Origin: a virus
Lineage: Duplodnaviria; Caudoviricetes
Strand: one strand, 5' to 3'
IMG/VR virus record: IMGVR_UViG_3300045119_000430
Coordinates: 1-60,619 of that record
DNA length: 60,619 nt
The notes under the pieces are model-generated. The model was not told where the DNA came from, did no database searches, and saw only the letters and a list, made by a program, of their open reading frames with translations. Every line of letters starts with the position of its first letter. The first letter of the stretch is position 1. Position numbers and translations under genes: made by a program. Positions 56,010-60,619 of the stretch are shown piece after piece.

Positions 56010-56384
56010 ATGCGTCCACGGCCTTCTAAGCCGCACGGCTCAAGTTTTCCAGCGGAGCCCCTGGCTCCCTCGCCTAACTGGATAAGGCACCGACCTTCTA
56101 AGTCGGCATCATCCGGGTTCGAGTCCCGGGGGAGCCACTGGCGAAAGTGGCGCCTCGTCGCCGCGCTCTTCGCGTTGGCTGGCATCGCAACGGCCTGCAC
56201 TTCGAGCACGGCCTTCGGACCATGCGTCGGCATCTCCGACGACCGCGACCCATCGCTCACCTACAAGGTCAGCGCCGGTAACATCTTCCTGGCGATCGTC
56301 TTCTCGGAGACGATCATCGTCCCGGTCGTCGTCATCGCTGACGAGGTGGCGTGCCCGGTCGGGCGGAAGGCGGTGTCCCCGTGA
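56010..56384 (+). CDS. putative lipoprotein; ORF spans the tRNA
   Basis: RBS AGAGGAG 6 nt before ATG; signal RLVAALFALAGIATAC; mature CTSSTAFGPCVG..ETIIVP..CPVG. Confidence 0.6.
   Translation: MRPRPSKPHGSSFPAEPLAPSPNWIRHRPSKSASSGFESRGSHWRKWRLVAALFALAGIATACTSSTAFGPCVGISDDRDPSLTYKVSAGNIFLAIVFSETIIVPVVVIADEVACPVGRKAVSP
56063..56137 (+). tRNA. tRNA-Arg (UCU), CCA not encoded
   Basis: Acceptor GGCTCCC/GGGAGCC, D-arm GCC..GGC, anticodon arm CCGAC-CTTCTAA-GTCGG, T-arm CCGGG-TTCGAGT-CCCGG. Confidence 0.92.
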
Positions 56385-56828
56385 CCCGCTGGCTCGTCCT
56401 CTGGTGCGGATTGGCCATGGCTGCCGCGGTCGCTGGGACCTTCCTGGCGTTCCTGATCGAGCGGCCCGATCTCCTTCGGCGGGCGGTCTCGCATGCGGTC
56501 CCGCGGGCTGACGGAGGTGTGCGGTGAGGCCATCGGTCGGCTCAGCGGTCACGCGCATCATGGCGGCGGTTCTGGGCGCCGGTGGCGCCGCCTTGGGCGC
56601 ATCGTCGATCACACGGCGGGGCGCGCCCTGGGGCCGCGGGAGCAACGGCGGTCAGCGGGACCTGATGTACGCGCTCCGTCACCGCAAGATGCGGGACTGG
56701 GAGGCGCTGCGGGCTCAGGCGGCGGCGCACCCGCTGGCCGAGAAGGCGCCGAAGGGCGCGCTCCGACTGATCCTTCGGCAGGCGCGCAACAAGGCCAAGA
56801 AGGCGCGGCAGCTCACGAGGAGGCCGCA

Positions 56829-57422
56829 ATGAGCGTCCTGGCTGGCGATGCGGCTCCATTCGAGGCGTTCCCCTCTATCCCGCGCCTGTTCCGCGAATGC
56901 TGGATTACGGAGAAGCTAGACGGAACAAACGCTCAGGTCTACGTCTCCGAATCGGGCGTAGTTCTGGCTGGTTCTCGTAGTCGTTGGATCACGCCCGAAA
57001 ACGACAACCATGGCTTCGCCCGCTGGGTTGTTGATCACGAGGACGAGTTGCGCCAGTTCGGTCCGGGGCGGCACTTCGGCGAATGGTGGGGCAGCGGGAT
57101 TCAGCGCGGGTATGGATTGAAGGAGAAGCGCTTTTCGCTTTTCAACACGGGCCGCTGGGGCGTCGAGCGCGACCACGTCAAGCACCCCGTCGACCGCCCG
57201 GCGTGCTGCGACGTCGTTCCGGTGCTCTATCGGGGCGCGTTCCTGACCACGGTGGCTGACAACGTTCTCGCGCGCCTCGACCGCGAGGGCAGCACGGCGG
57301 CGCCGGGATTCATGAAGCCCGAAGGCATCGTTGTCTACCTCCCGGCCGCTCACCAGACCTTCAAGGTCACGCTCGGCGGCGACGGGCACAAGACGGCGAA
57401 GCCAGCCGAGGTCGCGCTATGA
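56829..57422 (+). CDS. RNA ligase (Rnl2-like adenylyltransferase domain)
   Basis: ITEKLDGTN, FGEWWGSGIQ, FSLFN, VPVLYRG, PEGIVV. Confidence 0.85.
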   Translation: MSVLAGDAAPFEAFPSIPRLFRECWITEKLDGTNAQVYVSESGVVLAGSRSRWITPENDNHGFARWVVDHEDELRQFGPGRHFGEWWGSGIQRGYGLKEKRFSLFNTGRWGVERDHVKHPVDRPACCDVVPVLYRGAFLTTVADNVLARLDREGSTAAPGFMKPEGIVVYLPAAHQTFKVTLGGDGHKTAKPAEVAL

Positions 57423-57621
57423 CCTCCAACGATTTGACCAGCCGTCCCCGGCATGGTGCTGCGGGAGACCCCCAGACGGTGTCACCAATGGCGTGCGAAC
57501 CCTCTGAAGCACCGGGGCGGCTGGTCGATTACCTGAGGGGCGCGGGGTGGGTGTTGCTCGTGCCGGGGGTGACGGTCGGGGCATATCTCGCGGGGCATGC
57601 CTGCCGGCTGCTGGTGTCGCG

Positions 57622-58026
57622 GTGAGGCCCAATGCCCGCGCCCATGCCGTCGCCTTCGTCGAGGCGCTCGGCGTCGACCTGGACCTCGCCCACGTTGCCC
57701 GCGCCCTGGCCGCCTCCGCATCGGCCCTCCGCAGCGGGAACGAGATCGCTCGTCGCCGTGCCGAGACCGCCGCCCGAACAGTCTTCGCCGCAGTCGAAGC
57801 CGAAACGGGATACGGCCGCGACGAGATTACGAGCCGTTCTCGGTGCGCCGACATCTGCGCCGCCAGGGATGCGGTCATTGGGAGACTCGCAGACCTCGGG
57901 ATACCTCCTGGTGAGATTGCGTGCGTGGTGGGGATGACGGCGGATAGCGTGCGGAGGTCTGCGCGGCGGTATTTGGATCGAGGCGCGGCGGTGATTGAGG
58001 GCGCCGGGAAGCGGGCGGTGCGCTGA
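57622..58026 (+). CDS. second DnaA domain IV-like HTH protein
   Basis: EITSRSR..ICAARDAVI..GEIACVVG..SVRRS. Confidence 0.55.
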   Translation: MRPNARAHAVAFVEALGVDLDLAHVARALAASASALRSGNEIARRRAETAARTVFAAVEAETGYGRDEITSRSRCADICAARDAVIGRLADLGIPPGEIACVVGMTADSVRRSARRYLDRGAAVIEGAGKRAVR

Positions 58027-58301
58027 TGGGCGCCAAGGGCGGCAGTTCTCCCGTGCTCGCCATCGCGTGCCCGCAGTGCGCTGCGGAGCCCGGCGCGTAC
58101 TGCAAGAGGCCGAACGGCGAGACACAGGTCATCGCGCACAAGGTTCGCAAGATGGCGTTCTACACCTGCGCTTCCTGCGGCCATCAGGCGTATCACTGCC
58201 TGGCCGGCGGCTGTAACTACACCATGCCGGACGGCGAATGGTGCGAGTGCGAGGCCTTCGTTACTGGCGGTGAGGTTGTGTTGTTGCCGGTGCGCCCATG
58301 A
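58026..58301 (+). CDS. Zn-finger protein
   Basis: CPQCAAEPGAYC..H; CASCGH..HC..CECEAF. Confidence 0.6.
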   Translation: MGAKGGSSPVLAIACPQCAAEPGAYCKRPNGETQVIAHKVRKMAFYTCASCGHQAYHCLAGGCNYTMPDGEWCECEAFVTGGEVVLLPVRP

Positions 58302-58470
58302 TCCTCCGTGAGATCAACGCCCTCATCCCCTCAGCCCCAGGCCCCGGTTACGGCGGGTCGTGGATTGGGTGGTACCTGCGGGTCCTGCTTGGCGCGTGCT
58401 TCGGGTTGCCGGTTGCGCGGCGGATCGTGATCGGAGCGGTAGGCCCAGGGCACGATTACGAGGCCAGCCG

Positions 58471-59223
58471 GTGACCGCCTTCCCGAAGCCGGTGCGGCGA
58501 GAAAAGTCCGCTCGCCAGATGCGCGCCAAGCGCTGGATGGTTGTGCTCGGCCCGCCCGGCGGCGAGACGGGCTTCGTCGAACATCCGCGGAATCCTGGGA
58601 GCCCGGGTTGGGTCGGATCGAAGAGGGAGGCTCGGCAGTTGGCGCCGGCGGGCGGTCGCGTGATCGATGCCGATCTGTGGTCCGCGCGGACCGGGAAGCA
58701 CGTATTCGAGATCATGCAGCCGGGATCGACCTTGCGCGGCCAGTCGCCGAAGCGCGTCTCCATCCGCAAGCCCGATCGGCCATACCTGGCCTGGATTCAC
58801 ACGCAGGCTTGTTGCGTGACGGGCGTCTTCGGCGGGCCCGGCGTCAACATCGAGGCGAACCACGTGGGCCCGAAGCCTGGTCTCGCCATCAAGTGCTCTG
58901 ACCTCCTGACGATCCCCATGGAGCAGGAGATCCATCGCCAGTGGACCGACCACACCGGCCGCTTCAAGTCGTGGAGCCGAACCACGCGGCGCGAATGGGC
59001 CGACGCGCGGATCATCGAGCACCTCGATCGCTTCGCGTCCTGGGTTCCATGGCGCGTCGGTGAGCTGCGGAGCGAGCTGGCGACGTATGCCGGCGGCCTG
59101 ACCAACGACGAGGCCGAGATCGCCGCCGACCTGGGCAAGCAGATCGAAGAGTTCGAGATCTGCCTGGAGCGCGTCGGCGACATCCGCGCCGAGGTCATCG
59201 CTCGCATTCGGGAAGCTGCATGA
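58471..59223 (+). CDS. DUF968-like putative HNH-fold protein
   Basis: YLAWIHTQACCVTG..EANHV..KCSDLLTIPM..H. Confidence 0.6.
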   Translation: MTAFPKPVRREKSARQMRAKRWMVVLGPPGGETGFVEHPRNPGSPGWVGSKREARQLAPAGGRVIDADLWSARTGKHVFEIMQPGSTLRGQSPKRVSIRKPDRPYLAWIHTQACCVTGVFGGPGVNIEANHVGPKPGLAIKCSDLLTIPMEQEIHRQWTDHTGRFKSWSRTTRREWADARIIEHLDRFASWVPWRVGELRSELATYAGGLTNDEAEIAADLGKQIEEFEICLERVGDIRAEVIARIREAA

Positions 59224-59622
59224 AGAACCCGAAACGGACCCGGGCCGAGCGCGAGCGGCTGGGCCGTCAGTTCGCGGAATGGATGATGTTGCCGATCATC
59301 AGCCGAGCCGCGGGCGACGCCGGCCTTCAAGGCGATGCTCGCCTGTCGGCGGCGCTGGGCGAGATCGAGACGATCTCGGATCTCCATCACCTGCTCGGCA
59401 AGTCTCGGTGGCCACGCGCTCGGAGGTCCGCATGAACCACCGCCGATTCCATCCCCGCCGAGGTCAACCATTGCCACCGCGCATCGTTCAAGAGTACGGC
59501 GCCGACCAGGTCCGACACGCCCAGCTGCTCGACGCGCTCATGCGCCAGGGTCTAGGGCTGCACGATCTAACGGAGTTGATCGACCTTCGGGTCCGCACGG
59601 GCCGGGCACGGAGGGCGGCAAC

Positions 59623-60619
59623 GTGAGGTCACCGACCTTTCGCGGTTATCTCGCTGACAACGAGCTCGTCGTCGACAACTTCGCCGGCGGGGGTGGAGCG
59701 TCGACGGGGATCGAAGTCGGCCTCGGTGGCAATCGATCGCCCGACATCGCGATCAACCATTCGGCCGCCGCGATCGCGATGCATCGGGCGAACCATCCGA
59801 ACACCCACCACTTCTGCGAGGACATCTTCGACGTCGACCCGACCGAAGCGTGCGCCGGGCGTCCGGTCGGCCTGGCGTGGTTCTCGCCCGACTGCAAACA
59901 CTTCTCGAAGGCGAAGGGGACCGCGCCGCGCGACCAGGGGATCCGTGGCCTGGCCTGGGTGGTGATCCGCTGGGCGAAGGCGGTCAAGCCGCGCGTGATC
60001 TTCCTCGAGAACGTCGAGGAATTCGCCACCTGGGGGCCATTGGGCGACGACGGCCGGCCCGACCCGACGAAGCTCGGCGACACGTTCCGCGAATGGTTGG
60101 CGGCTTTGGTCGATTGCGGTTACCGCGTCGAGCACCGCCTGCTCGTCGCCGCCGATTACGGCACGCCGACCACGCGCAAACGGCTGTTTCTGATCGCCCG
60201 CTGCGACGGCGCGCCGATCGTCTGGCCCGACGCGACGCACGGACGAGGGCGCGCGACTCCGCACCGGCCAGCGTCAGAGATCATCGACTGGGCGCTTCCG
60301 TGCCCGTCGATCTTCTCGCGGAGCCGTCCGCTGGCGCCCGCGACGCTGAAGCGGATCGCGGCCGGGATTCGTCGGTACGTGATCGAGGCCGCTAACCCAT
60401 TCATCATGCCCGTGACCCATCAGGGGGGAGATCGCGGCAACGCGATCGGCGAACCGCTGCGCACGGTGACGGCGGCGCACCGGGGCGAGCTCGCGTTGAT
60501 CTCGCCGTTCATCGCCCCCGCGAAGACCTGGGGCGGGGGCGGCAACGGACCTCGATCGATCGAAGAGCCGATGCGGACAGTGACCCCGTCGAAGCGTGGT
60601 GAATTCGCGGTGATCGAAC
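59623..60619 (+). CDS. C5 cytosine DNA methyltransferase, N-terminal part (continues at position 128 onward via the overlap)
   Basis: VDNFAGGGGASTG (I), WFSPDCKHFSKAKG (IV), FLENVEEF (VI), TTRKRLFLIAR (VIII). Confidence 0.93.
   Translation, partial: MRSPTFRGYLADNELVVDNFAGGGGASTGIEVGLGGNRSPDIAINHSAAAIAMHRANHPNTHHFCEDIFDVDPTEACAGRPVGLAWFSPDCKHFSKAKGTAPRDQGIRGLAWVVIRWAKAVKPRVIFLENVEEFATWGPLGDDGRPDPTKLGDTFREWLAALVDCGYRVEHRLLVAADYGTPTTRKRLFLIARCDGAPIVWPDATHGRGRATPHRPASEIIDWALPCPSIFSRSRPLAPATLKRIAAGIRRYVIEAANPFIMPVTHQGGDRGNAIGEPLRTVTAAHRGELALISPFIAPAKTWGGGGNGPRSIEEPMRTVTPSKRGEFAVIE
60493..60619. repeat. 127-bp terminal direct repeat (copy of 1-127)
   Basis: Exact identity to window start. Confidence 0.97.

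Noticed and set aside
60493-60619. Terminal repeat as a biological DTR
   Set aside because: 127 bp equals a common assembler k-mer and falls mid-gene, so it is best explained as circular overlap
1-60619. CRISPR array, diversity-generating retroelement, retron or IS/transposase
   Set aside because: No regularly spaced repeat-spacer array, RT motif (YxDD context), TR/VR pair or DDE transposase was recognised
1-60619. Frequent CGATCG/GATC words as HIP1-like repeats
   Set aside because: Expected from ATC (Ile) codons in GC-rich coding DNA; enrichment cannot be shown without computation

Overview
The window is a complete, circular-assembled temperate tailed-phage genome. Bases 1-127 are identical to 60493-60619, giving a unique length of about 60,492 bp, and a C5 DNA methyltransferase gene runs in frame across the join. 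It is GC-rich. The host is plausibly a myxobacterium (Myxococcota); this is an inference from protein families only. Layout: DNA methyltransferases, replication genes and small Cys-rich ORFs (1-10.3 kb); TerS/TerL and a Mu-like contractile-tail morphogenesis operon with inserted accessory genes (10.4-39.6 kb); ruvC; a leftward early operon and an RHH-repressor switch (40-43.7 kb); a rightward early operon with YqaJ/RecT, a tyrosine integrase, tRNA-Arg(UCU) and an RNA ligase (43.7-60.5 kb). No Mu transposase, CI-type repressor or recognisable endolysin was seen. The most striking observations are: (1) a replication initiator with an NrdR-type Zn-ribbon whose own gene holds five NrdR-box-like iterons; (2) eight TTGAGG-type late promoters, five placed exactly 6 nt before the start codon (leaderless), with GGATATCC palindromes and two sigma-region-4-like paralogues; (3) an intact tRNA-Arg nested in frame inside a lipoprotein ORF, preceded by a second anticodon stem-loop and a ~107-nt rod-shaped RNA/terminator; (4) an inorganic-pyrophosphatase-like domain inserted in the portal protein. 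All family calls come from motif recognition by eye, not database searches.
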